A stretch of 24,106 nucleotides of DNA from Candidatus Eiseniibacteriota bacterium (GCA_052390515.1 JBQTGV010000147.1:1-24106), one strand, 5' to 3'. Shown: positions 1 through 11,287, counted from the stretch's first letter. Numbers and translations: made by a program. The notes: generated by a model from the letters alone, not told the origin.

Positions 1-34
1 ACTAACTCGCGGGTAGGAACGGCCTCGCCCTCCG

Positions 35-43
35 TGCTATCGT
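35..43 (+). promoter_or_regulatory. Putative extended -10 promoter element (TG-C-TATCGT)
   Basis: tgctatcgt at 35-43 matches the TGnTAnnnT consensus, about 50 nt upstream of the RBS-preceded TTG at 94. Confidence 0.4.
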
Positions 44-93
44 GGCGGATCGACGACCTTGCCGACCCGCCGGATCCATACCAGGAGGGTTCC

Positions 94-861
94 TTGAACC
101 GGATCCGCTCCCGATCGCCCCTGCCCGCGGCCTTGGCTGTGGCGGTGGGGCTCTTCGCCTGCGTCGCTCCGGCCCTCGCCGGCCCGTTCGACTACACCAT
201 CTTGCAGGTCTCGAACGGGACGCAGATGCAGCCGGTGATCGACTTCACCGCGCCGTACTTCCGCTTCCTGCTGACCAACGAGGGGATCGGCCCCGACAGC
301 TACTTCATGGAAGTGCGCAACCTGTCGGTCACGCCCACGCCGAACTGGTTCCCGCAGGTCTGCCTCGGCAACGTGTGCTTCGGCGACAGCACTACGATCC
401 TGTTCGCCGCAGGCAACACCGATTCGGTAGGCGTGAACGTCGTGCCGTTCTCGAACGGAGTGGGCACCTTCGACTTCCACATCGAGTCGGTCGGGGATCC
501 CGGTCTGTTCCACGATTTCATCGGACTCACCCTGTACGCCGGCACAGCGGCGGTCGGGGCCCTGGACCTGACCTCGGAGAACGATGATGTCGCGCTCTCT
601 CAGAACTTCCCGAATCCGGTGGCTCAGGGCACGCGCATCGCCTTCGCACTGGCCGCCGGCGGCAAGGTGACGCTCTCCGTGTTCGACGCAGGGGGAAGGC
701 TCGTCGACACGCTCGTGGACGGGACCCGTTCCGCAGGCGCGCATACCGTGGTCTGGTCGGCCGCCGACCGCTCCGGACACCCGCTGCCTTCCGGCGTCTA
801 CTGGTACCGGCTCAGCACGAACGGCGAAACACGCACGAAGCGGATGACGGTCATCCGATGA
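94..861 (+). CDS. Secreted Ig-like domain protein with Cx4C motif and C-terminal FlgD/T9SS-like sorting domain (~255 aa)
   Basis: AGGAGG at 83-88 precedes in-frame TTG 94. Signal peptide MNRIRSRSPLPAALAVAVGLFACVAPALA. WFPQVCLGNVCF motif. C-terminus SQNFPNP...LSVFDAGGRLV...W...SGVYWYRL is typical of FlgD_ig/Por-secretion-like tails. Confidence 0.8.
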   Translation: MNRIRSRSPLPAALAVAVGLFACVAPALAGPFDYTILQVSNGTQMQPVIDFTAPYFRFLLTNEGIGPDSYFMEVRNLSVTPTPNWFPQVCLGNVCFGDSTTILFAAGNTDSVGVNVVPFSNGVGTFDFHIESVGDPGLFHDFIGLTLYAGTAAVGALDLTSENDDVALSQNFPNPVAQGTRIAFALAAGGKVTLSVFDAGGRLVDTLVDGTRSAGAHTVVWSAADRSGHPLPSGVYWYRLSTNGETRTKRMTVIR

Positions 862-917
862 GACGGACGGTCTCGGGGGCTGGAGCGCCCCGTTCACTCC
901 CGGAAAGGAGACGGTCG

Positions 918-2957
918 ATGCGAAGGAAGTCACTCGTCGGTGCCCTCGCCTTGGCGATGAGCATCGTGGCGGTCGAGGCCGGCGCGGTCGTCCCGCGCGT
1001 GAGCCTCGTCGAGGAGTTCGGGTTCTTCACCTGAACGTTCTGCCCATACGCCCGTGCGGCGTTACGGATGCTGGCGAACGACTACCCACCCGATACCTTC
1101 TATCACATCGACTGGCACACCTCCGGTGCCCTGGCGAACGGCAGTGGCTCCGCGCGTGCTCCGTACTTCGGCGTCACCGCGACGCCCGACATCTACTTCG
1201 ACGGTATCGACAACGTGCTCGGCGCAGGGGACTCCCTGAGCGCCCACGCACAGTACGCACCGATCATGAGCTCGCACCAGACGGATCCCTCGCATTCCAA
1301 GGCGATCGTCAGCGCGGGCCTCGATCTGAACCGCGACACGATGACCGGTTCCATCACCGTGGATGTGGAAGTGGCGCCAGGCGAGACGATCACGCTCCCC
1401 GCGAACTGCTCGATCCGGGCGGCGCTGATCGAGAACGACATCGACTCCTTCCCGGGTCTCGAGCCGCACACCGGGAACCGGATCTGGCACCACGTCGGTC
1501 GCATGATGATCTTCGAGACCACGCTGACCATCACCGCGTCCGGCGAGCAGCAGCAGGTCGTCCAGGGATTCGCCATCGACCCGAACTGGAATCCCGACAA
1601 CCTCGAAGCGATCGCCTGGGTGCAGCGCAACACGAATCGGGTGACCCTGCAGGCGGCGAAGGCCACGAACCAGTACGCCGTCGAGGTGGCCGACCTCGAT
1701 CCGCTCGTCGGCAAGGTGGCCGGAGTCCCGGCGGACTACGACGTGCAGGTGACCTACACCGGCTCGGTCCCCGACGACGTGACCATCACCGTCGACGAGT
1801 CCGCGCTGCCGGCTGGCTGGGACGCGGAGATCGAGTGGATGGCGACGACGTATCCGACCTCGCTGACGATCCCGGGGATGACCAACGGTCAGATGGAGGC
1901 CGTGATCATCCGCACGATTCCGGGCGTCGGACCGGCGCCGCGCGCCGGAACGGGCCTCGGGACGATCACGGTGGAGACGGCTCCGGTCAGCAACACGTCG
2001 GTCGCCGTGCAGCAGACGTATCACACGTTCTCGAACACGCCGGCGCTGCTCTTCGTGGACGACGACAACGGCGCGGTTTTCGAGACGCACTTCACGAGCG
2101 CGCTGGCCGGCTCGGGACACTCTGCCGTGACCCGCAACGTGCAGACGCTCGGGAATCCGGAGACCGGCGACATGACCGATTACGACGCGGTCATCTGGAC
2201 CACGGGGGCGCTGGAAACCCAGACGATCGGGGTACCCGCGCAGACGTCGCTGCAGACGTATCTGGACGGCGGCGGTGCGTTCTTCCTCTCCAGCCACGGG
2301 TACCTGGACCACCAGGGCATCACGTCGTTCACGTCGACGTACCTCGGCGTGAACTCGTTCGTGGCGGACGGGCTGGCCGCCTCCGCGACCGGCGTCGCCG
2401 GTGACCCGATCGGGAACGGGCTGTCGTTCGCGCTGGCGCCGCCGTTCACGGACCGCACCGACCACGTCACGCCTGGCTTCGCCACCACCTGGCTGGAGGG
2501 CCCGGCCGGCGTGGACATCGGCGTCCGCTACGACTCCGGCGTCTTCAAGACGGTCTTCATGTCCGCGCCGTTCGAAGGCGTGCCGGCGCTGGATCAACCG
2601 ATTCTCATGGATCGGATTCTGGACTGGCTCACCGGCACCGGTGCGGTCGACGCTCCGCAGGTCGACGCGGCGGCTCGCAGTGAGCTCACGCTGTGGCAGA
2701 ACACGCCGAACCCCTTCCGCAGCGACACGGAGATCCGTTTCGAGCTGCCGCGTGCGGGAGTCGTGGATCTGGCCGTGTTCGACGTGGGTGGACGTCGGGT
2801 CGCGAGTCTCCTGAGCGGCCCGCTCGGCTCCGGCCGGCACGCGGCCACGTGGAACGGCCGCGGCGTGGACGGCAGCCCGGCGGCGTCCGGCGTGTACTTC
2901 GTGCGTCTCACGACGCCGGAACGGACGGTGACGCGGGACATGCTGCTGCTCAAGTGA
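918..2957 (+). CDS. Putative selenoprotein: secreted Omp28/thioredoxin-like protein with UxxC motif, Ig domain, VDDD-type alpha/beta domain and FlgD/T9SS-like C-terminal domain (~679 aa; in-frame TGA at 1032-1034)
   Basis: AAAGGAG (904-910) then ATG 918 gives MRRKSLVGALALAMSIVAVEAGA-VVPRVSLVEEFGFFT*TFCPYARAALR, in frame with ORF 1068..2957. It has a signal peptide, a Trx-like cis-Pro region (YFGVTATPDIYFDG), an Omp28-like HHVGR...WNPDNLEAIAWVQ segment, and a C-terminal QNTPNPF...SGVYFVRL. Confidence 0.85.
1048..1062 (+). promoter_or_regulatory. Putative bacterial SECIS element (upper stem-loop)
   Basis: acgcc (1048-1052) pairs with ggcgt (1058-1062) around the loop cGtgc. There are 18 nt between the UGA and the loop, and G is at loop position 2 followed by U, fitting the general bacterial SECIS model. 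Confidence 0.6.
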
Positions 2958-2983
2958 TCCTCGTCTCATCCAGCATGATCGCG

Positions 2984-3017
2984 GGGCCGCCGGTGTCTGC
3001 CGGCGGCCCTTCGCGTT
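2984..3017 (+). terminator. Putative intrinsic terminator after the Omp28-like gene
   Basis: 10-bp stem gggccgccgg/ccggcggccc (2984-2993/3000-3009) followed by ttcgcgtt; the U-tract is weak. Confidence 0.55.
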
Positions 3018-3062
3018 CGGGGGGATTCGTGCTTCAATCGCTGGGATCGAGCCGGGGGAACC

Positions 3063-3782
3063 GTGCGGTCCGTCGTCCTCATCCCGACCTACAACGAAGC
3101 TCCGAACCTCGAGCGCATCGTGGCCGCCGTTCGCCGCGCGTCCCCGGACAGCGAGATCCTGGTGGTGGACGACCAGTCTCCGGACGGGACGGGGGAGATC
3201 GCCGATCGGCTCGCGGCGGCGGACCCGAAGGTGGCCGTGCTGCACCGCCGGCCACCCCGCGGGCGCGGGCTCGCCGGCCGGGACGGGTACCTGGAGGCGC
3301 TTCGCCGCGGCGCCGATGCCATCGTCGAGATGGACGCCGACTTCTCCCATGATCCGTCGCTGCTGCCGGCCTTCTTCGGCGAGATCGAGAACGGCGCGGA
3401 CGTCGTGCTCGGATCGCGCTTCGTCCCCGGCGGGACGGACGACGATCGCAGCCCGCTGCGGCGGACCATCACCGTGCTGGCGAACCGCTACATTCGCACC
3501 GTGCTCGGCGTTCCGGTGGGGGACTGCAACTCGGGCTACCGCTGCTTCCGCCGCCGGATCCTCGAGGCGATCCGGCCGGAGACGCTGACCTCGGAGGGGC
3601 CCTCCATCGTGCAGGAAGTCCTGTTCCGCGTGCACCGTGCGGGGGCCCGGATCGTGGAGATCCCCCTCGTGTTCGTCGACCGCAAGCACGGCGACTCCAA
3701 GCTCGGGCTCGGCCTGCTGCTCGACGGCTACTGGATGATCCTGCGGCTCAAGCTCGCCTCCCTTCTGGCGAGGAGCCGGTGA
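3063..3782 (+). CDS. Polyprenol-monophosphomannose synthase-like glycosyltransferase (GT2, DPM1/Ppm1-like)
   Basis: Motifs LIPTYNEAPN, VVDDQSPDGTG, EMDADFSH, VLGSRF, DCNSGYRCFRR and EIPLVFVDRKHGDSK are characteristic of the DPM1 family. Confidence 0.9.
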   Translation: MRSVVLIPTYNEAPNLERIVAAVRRASPDSEILVVDDQSPDGTGEIADRLAAADPKVAVLHRRPPRGRGLAGRDGYLEALRRGADAIVEMDADFSHDPSLLPAFFGEIENGADVVLGSRFVPGGTDDDRSPLRRTITVLANRYIRTVLGVPVGDCNSGYRCFRRRILEAIRPETLTSEGPSIVQEVLFRVHRAGARIVEIPLVFVDRKHGDSKLGLGLLLDGYWMILRLKLASLLARSR

Positions 3783-6058
3783 GCGCGCCGCTCGACCCCC
3801 TGGCGCGGAACGCGCCGCTCCGCATGGCGGCCGTCGGCGCTGTGCTCGTCGCCGCGGCGGTCATGGCATGGTTCAACATCACCGACCTGGACATCGGCGG
3901 CCACCTCGCCGTCGGTCGGGAGATCCTCAAGTCCCGCTCCATCCCCGACACGGATTTCCTGACGCACACGGTGCGCGGGAATCCGTATCCCATCCACCAG
4001 TGGCTCGGCCAGGTCATCCTCTTCGCCACCGATCATCTCTTCGGCGTGACCGGGCTCATCCTGCTGCGCATGGCCGTCGTCGTGCTGGCCGGGGTGCTGC
4101 TCTACCGCAACGCGCGCCGGGAGGACGCGCCGGTCGCGGTGTCGGCCGCGATCGTCCTCCTGCTCCTGCTCGCCGTGCGGCCGCGCATGTTCATCCGCCC
4201 CATGCTGGTGAGCCTGATCTTCCTGCCCTGGCTGCAAGCCATCGTCGGGGACGTTCGCAGCGGCAGGACGCGTCGCCTCTGGCCGATCCTGCCGATCCTC
4301 ACCGTGTGGGGGCACATCCACTCCGGCGTGCTGTTCGGCATCCTCTTCCTCGCCGGAACCGTGGCCGCCGAAGGCGTGAAGATCCTGATCGCGCGCCGGC
4401 GGGACCCCGGCGCCGAGGGATTCCCGGGCGAAGCGCTCGACGGCTGGAACTTCCGCAGGCTCGCGCTCTTCTCCGCCATCGGATCGGCGCTGCCCTTCGC
4501 CACCATGGCGCTCGTGAACCCCAGCGGCGTGAAGCCGCTCGTGCTGCCGCTGCTCTTCTTCCGGAACGACGCCTTCCGCGCCATGATTCTCGAGTACCGT
4601 CCGGTCGACCTCGCCGTCGACTGGCCGTTCGACCTGGTGGCGGGCGCGGTCCTGCTCGGGGTCCTGCTCCGGCCGCGCCGCGTCGATCTCGCCGATCTCG
4701 TCGTCGTGCTCGGGTTCGGTCTGCTCGCCTTCCAGTCGGTGCGCGCCATCGTCGAGCTTTCCGCCACCGCGGCGCCGATTCTCGCCAGGACCTGGGGATC
4801 GCTGGCCGGGGACGGATTCACCGCGATCTCCCGCGGCCGCTCCCGGCGGCGCGCCGGAGCGGGTCTGGCCAACAGCGTCGAGGCCGGCCTGCTTCTCGCG
4901 GTGATCGGCGGCGCGTTCGTCGTCTCGCTGCGCTGCACGAACGGATGGATGTATCCCTTCGGGATCGGCAAGGACCCCAAGCACTACCCCGAGCGCGCGC
5001 TGGACTTCGTCGACGCGCAGGGCGTGCGCGGCAACGTCTTCAACACCGACCTCTGGTCCGGCGCCATTCTCTGGCGCTGGCACGGCGTCGGCCATCCCGT
5101 GTTCGTGGACGCCCGGCTGGAGGCGTATCCCGAGGAGTTCTGGCGCGACGAGTACTACCGCGTGCTGCAGGCCGCGCCCGGCTGGCAGGAGGTGCTGGAC
5201 CGCCGCAAGGTGCAGTGGGCGATCCTGCGGCGCGAAGGGAAGCAGACCGACGACCGCATCGGCGAGGTGCTCTGGGAGGATCCCGCGTGGGGACTCGTCT
5301 ACTGGGACGACTACGTGATGATCTTCCTGCGGCGCGGCGGACCGTCTTCCCGGAACGACGACATCCTCGCGACGTGGGAGTTCACGTCGTTCCATCCACG
5401 CCGCTCGCAGGCGGTGCGCGATCTGCGCGGCGAGGCGCTCGTCGTCGCCGCGAACGAGCTGGCCGATCTGGTGGAGTGGACGCCGGACTCGTTCCTGCCG
5501 AGATGGGCGCTGGCCGCGGCCTGGACGCGGCTGGGGCAAGGCGAAGAGGCCGCGGCCGTCTTCGATTCCCTGGCCCGTCTCCGCGAGGCGAAAGACAACG
5601 CGCCGTTCACGCGGAGCCGCGCCGAGGCCGAGCTCGTCGCCGGCCGGCGCGCGTCTTGGGAGGCCCTGGTCCGCGAGCTGGGCCAGGATCCGGCGTCCGC
5701 GGGTGAGCTCTTCGACGCCGCGGCGCTGCTGCGTCAGGCCGGCCGCACGGCGGAGGCGGTGCAGCTCTACCGCGAGACCCTTCGTGCCGCGCCGGACCAC
5801 CTGGACGCGCGGAACAACCTCGCCCTGCTGCTCGCCTGGGACGAGGCCGGCCGCGAGGAGGCCCGGGCGTTGATCGAGGAGGTCGTGCGCCGGCGTCCCG
5901 ACGATGGCTACTTCCTGGCGTCCCGCGGCGAGATCCGCTGGCGGAGCGGCGACGCGGCCGGCGCGCTCGAGGACTTCCGCCGCGCGCTCGCACTCGTCCC
6001 CGTCACGGACGCTTCGGCCCGCGCCGAGATCGAGGCCTGGATCGCCCGCATCCCGTGA
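3779..6058 (+). CDS. Multi-pass membrane protein, putative GT-C-fold glycosyltransferase, with C-terminal TPR repeats
   Basis: About 10-12 hydrophobic segments. Acidic DLD right after TM1, followed by HLAVGREI...HQWL. The soluble C-terminal part ends in TPR-like helices (AEAVQLYRETLRAAPDHLDARNNLA; GALEDFRRALALVP). GTGA overlap with the upstream GT2. Confidence 0.7.
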   Translation: MSAPLDPLARNAPLRMAAVGAVLVAAAVMAWFNITDLDIGGHLAVGREILKSRSIPDTDFLTHTVRGNPYPIHQWLGQVILFATDHLFGVTGLILLRMAVVVLAGVLLYRNARREDAPVAVSAAIVLLLLLAVRPRMFIRPMLVSLIFLPWLQAIVGDVRSGRTRRLWPILPILTVWGHIHSGVLFGILFLAGTVAAEGVKILIARRRDPGAEGFPGEALDGWNFRRLALFSAIGSALPFATMALVNPSGVKPLVLPLLFFRNDAFRAMILEYRPVDLAVDWPFDLVAGAVLLGVLLRPRRVDLADLVVVLGFGLLAFQSVRAIVELSATAAPILARTWGSLAGDGFTAISRGRSRRRAGAGLANSVEAGLLLAVIGGAFVVSLRCTNGWMYPFGIGKDPKHYPERALDFVDAQGVRGNVFNTDLWSGAILWRWHGVGHPVFVDARLEAYPEEFWRDEYYRVLQAAPGWQEVLDRRKVQWAILRREGKQTDDRIGEVLWEDPAWGLVYWDDYVMIFLRRGGPSSRNDDILATWEFTSFHPRRSQAVRDLRGEALVVAANELADLVEWTPDSFLPRWALAAAWTRLGQGEEAAAVFDSLARLREAKDNAPFTRSRAEAELVAGRRASWEALVRELGQDPASAGELFDAAALLRQAGRTAEAVQLYRETLRAAPDHLDARNNLALLLAWDEAGREEARALIEEVVRRRPDDGYFLASRGEIRWRSGDAAGALEDFRRALALVPVTDASARAEIEAWIARIP

Positions 6059-6074
6059 CGCCGGCCGCCTCGGG

Positions 6075-6083
6075 TGCTAAGCT
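6075..6083 (+). promoter_or_regulatory. Putative extended -10 promoter (TG-C-TAAGCT) for valS
   Basis: tgctaagct about 30 nt upstream of ATG 6115. Confidence 0.4.
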
Positions 6084-6114
6084 ACGCGGTCCCTCGCGCG
6101 CGCCGGAGCCGGGA

Positions 6115-8784
<2,670 letters not shown>

Positions 8785-8786
8785 CC

Positions 8787-8813
8787 GGATCCCCGCGGGA
8801 GCCGCGGGGTTCC
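8787..8813 (+). terminator. GC-rich hairpin downstream of valS
   Basis: ccccgcgg-gag-ccgcgggg (8791-8809) with flanking gga/tcc pairing; no clear U-tract. Confidence 0.35.
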
Positions 8814-8861
8814 TCGATGTGCCCGGGCGGCGGTGCCCGCACGGCCAGGCAAGGAGGACCC

Positions 8862-10226
8862 ATGAACCCGACACGCGCCTCCCGCGCGCTCGCGCTCGGC
8901 GCCGCGGTGCTCGCCGCCGGTCCCATCCAAGCGGCGCGAGCCGGCGAGTTCCATGTGACCGTCTACAACAACGGGCTCGCGCTGGTGAAGGAGACCCGCG
9001 ACGTCGATCTCCCTCAGGGGGTGGGGGACATCTCCTTCACCGGCGTGGCGGAGCGGATCGATCCCACGTCGGTCCGCCTGGTGTCGGCGGGCGGGGACGG
9101 TCTGTCCGTTCTCGAGCAGAACTACCGCTACGACCTCGTGAGCCGGGCGAAGCTCCTGGAGCGCTACCTGGACCGGACCGCCCGCATCGTCACCAAGCAC
9201 GACAAGCTGCACGAGGGCATCCTCAAGTCGGCCGCGGGCTCGCTCATCTTGGAGACCGACGACGGCGTCGTCCTGCTCACCGAGGACGAGATCGCCGACG
9301 TCACGCTGCCGGAGATTCCGGAGGGCCTCATCACGCGGCCGACCCTGGTCTGGAAGGTCGAGAACGACGGTCCGGCCAAGCGGCCGATCGAGATCGCCTA
9401 CCTGACCGAAGGGGTGGCCTGGCACGCCGAATACGTGGCCGCAGTCGACTCCAAGGACGAGCGTCTGAACCTCTCGGGCTGGGTCTCGATCGAGAACGCT
9501 TGCGGGGCGACATTTCCGGACGCCCGGCTCAAGGTCGTCGCCGGGGACGTGCACAGGGCCGTCCGGCCGGGTTTCGGGGGCCGGCAGGCCGACGCGATGG
9601 GCATGGAGATGATGGCCAAGGCTCCCGGGTTCGAGGAGCGGAGCTTCTTCGAGTACCACATCTACGACCTTGGCCGGAGCACGACGATCGCCGATAAGGA
9701 GGTCAAGCAAATCCAGCTCCTCGAGGGCCGGGAGTTCCCGGTCCGGAAGGAGTACGTGTACGAACCGACGCGCGACGAGAAGGTCCAGGTCCGTCTCGAG
9801 TTCGAGAACACGAAGGCGAACGGTCTGGGGATCCCGCTTCCGGGCGGCAAGTTCCGGGTGTACCGCGAAGATGCGGACGGCGCCCTGGAGTTCGCCGGGG
9901 AGGACTTCCTGGATCACACCGCGCGCGACGAGGAAGTCTCGGTGTTCCTCGGGCACGCGTTCGACCTCGTGGGCGAGCGCAACGATCTCGAGAGCCGCCG
10001 CGTGGCGGACCGGATCCAGGAGACGCGCACGGAGATCAAGGTGCGCAACCGCAAGGAGAGCGGCCGCGTGAGCTTGATCGTCCGGGAGCATCCCGGGGGC
10101 GACTGGAAAGTGTTGGAGTCGACGCACGAGTGGAAGAAGCCGAACGCGCTCGACCTCGAATTCGAGATCGAGGTGCCGGCGGGAGAAGAGGTAGTGATCG
10201 GATACCGGGTCCGTTCCGAGTTCTAG
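8862..10226 (+). CDS. DUF4139 domain-containing secreted protein (~454 aa)
   Basis: AAGGAGG RBS then ATG 8862. Signal peptide followed by VTVYNNGLALVKETR, IDPTSV, EQNYRYDL, YLTEGVAWHAEY, FEYHIYDL, GLGIPLPGGKFRVY and GEDFLDHT. Confidence 0.85.
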   Translation: MNPTRASRALALGAAVLAAGPIQAARAGEFHVTVYNNGLALVKETRDVDLPQGVGDISFTGVAERIDPTSVRLVSAGGDGLSVLEQNYRYDLVSRAKLLERYLDRTARIVTKHDKLHEGILKSAAGSLILETDDGVVLLTEDEIADVTLPEIPEGLITRPTLVWKVENDGPAKRPIEIAYLTEGVAWHAEYVAAVDSKDERLNLSGWVSIENACGATFPDARLKVVAGDVHRAVRPGFGGRQADAMGMEMMAKAPGFEERSFFEYHIYDLGRSTTIADKEVKQIQLLEGREFPVRKEYVYEPTRDEKVQVRLEFENTKANGLGIPLPGGKFRVYREDADGALEFAGEDFLDHTARDEEVSVFLGHAFDLVGERNDLESRRVADRIQETRTEIKVRNRKESGRVSLIVREHPGGDWKVLESTHEWKKPNALDLEFEIEVPAGEEVVIGYRVRSEF

Positions 10227-10233
10227 GCAGGCG

Positions 10234-11280
10234 ATGGACACGCTCGGAACCTTCCTGAAGCAGGGGCGCGAGGTGCGGGGCCTCTCGCTCGACGAGCTGG
10301 CGGTGCGCACGCGCATCCGCGTGGAGAACCTGCGCTCGCTGGAGCGCGAGGATCTGGACTCGCTGCCCACGGACACGTACGTGCGCGGGTTCGTGCGGCA
10401 GGTCTGCCGCGAGCTCGGGCTTGAGCCCACCGACGGCATCATCCGCTACGAGACGCTGCGCCGTCAGGCCACCCCGCCGGACGAGACGACGTGGGCCGAG
10501 GAGGTCGCCGAGGAGGACCCGGGCTTCCTCGAGCGTGTGCTGCGCGACCCCGACCGCGTCGTCCGCGTGGCGAGCCGCGCCGGCAAGTGGGTGGGTCTGG
10601 CCGCGGGAGCGGGGGCGCTCGCCTTGCTGGCGGTGGCCGCGCTGCGCGGACCGGATCGGCAGGATGCCCGCGCCGAGTCGACACGGGCCGTGGCGAAGGC
10701 CGAGACCCCGCTGGTCTCGACGACGGAGGCGAAGTCCCCGGAATCCAACGCGGTCGTGAAGACGACCGCTCCCGATCCGGCTCCCACCGTGGCGAAGCCG
10801 ACCGCGCCCGTTCCGGCTCCCGCTGTGACGAAGACGAAGGCTCCGGATCCGGCGGCCTCCGCGGCCGCGCAGCCCTCGACGGTCGTCGCGAAGCCGGTGC
10901 CTTCTCAGGCCAAGACGCCTGCACGAACCGTCGACACGCCGGCGAAGGCGGCGCCGGTCGTCCAGGCTCCGGTGGTCCGGGCTCAGGCCGTCCAACCGCC
11001 GCCGGTCCGCTCACCGGCCGATGCCTCCGGCTCCGCGCAGCGCGTGCTCCGGGTCGAGGCGCTTCGCCCGGTGGAGGTCTCCGTCCTTCTCGACGGCGCC
11101 GGCCACGCGCGCAAGGGATCGCTCGCCGCCGGCGAGACGCGCACGTGGAAGGCGGAGCAGCTCTTCGTGCTCAGCGCGTCGGACGGCGGAGCGGTTCGCC
11201 TCTTCCTCGACGATCAGCCGATGGGCACGGCGGGCGGGGACGGCCAGGCCGTGAAGGGTCTGCGGATCCGCCCGCGCTGA
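10234..11280 (+). CDS. rodZ: RodZ-like cytoskeleton protein (N-terminal HTH, TM helix, Pro/Ala/Thr-rich linker, DUF4115 domain)
   Basis: TLGTFLKQGREVRGLSLDELAVRTRI...LPTDTYVRGF HTH; one TM segment; low-complexity linker; C-terminal beta domain (GSLAAGETRTW...DGGAVRL...G). Confidence 0.8.
   Translation: MDTLGTFLKQGREVRGLSLDELAVRTRIRVENLRSLEREDLDSLPTDTYVRGFVRQVCRELGLEPTDGIIRYETLRRQATPPDETTWAEEVAEEDPGFLERVLRDPDRVVRVASRAGKWVGLAAGAGALALLAVAALRGPDRQDARAESTRAVAKAETPLVSTTEAKSPESNAVVKTTAPDPAPTVAKPTAPVPAPAVTKTKAPDPAASAAAQPSTVVAKPVPSQAKTPARTVDTPAKAAPVVQAPVVRAQAVQPPPVRSPADASGSAQRVLRVEALRPVEVSVLLDGAGHARKGSLAAGETRTWKAEQLFVLSASDGGAVRLFLDDQPMGTAGGDGQAVKGLRIRPR
10753..10855 (+). repeat. About three imperfect 36-bp tandem repeats inside the RodZ linker
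   Basis: aag codons at 10759, 10795 and 10831 start KTTAPDPAPTVA / KPTAPVPAPAVT / KTKAPDPA. Confidence 0.7.
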
Positions 11281-11287
11281 ACCTCGA

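Noticed and set aside
1032-1034. Genome-wide UGA reassignment (Trp or Gly) as the explanation for the in-frame TGA
   Set aside because: TGA is the normal stop of many intact genes here (861, 2957, 3782, 6058, 8784, 11280, 13051), Trp uses TGG throughout, and the position aligns with Cys.
918-1034. Independent 38-aa peptide or nonsense pseudogene
   Set aside because: The stop falls precisely on the catalytic Cys position, is followed by a SECIS-like hairpin, and the rest of the frame is intact. A point nonsense mutation or sequencing error cannot be fully excluded.
6059-6114. T-box or attenuator upstream of valS
   Set aside because: The intergenic space is too short and no T-box motif is visible.
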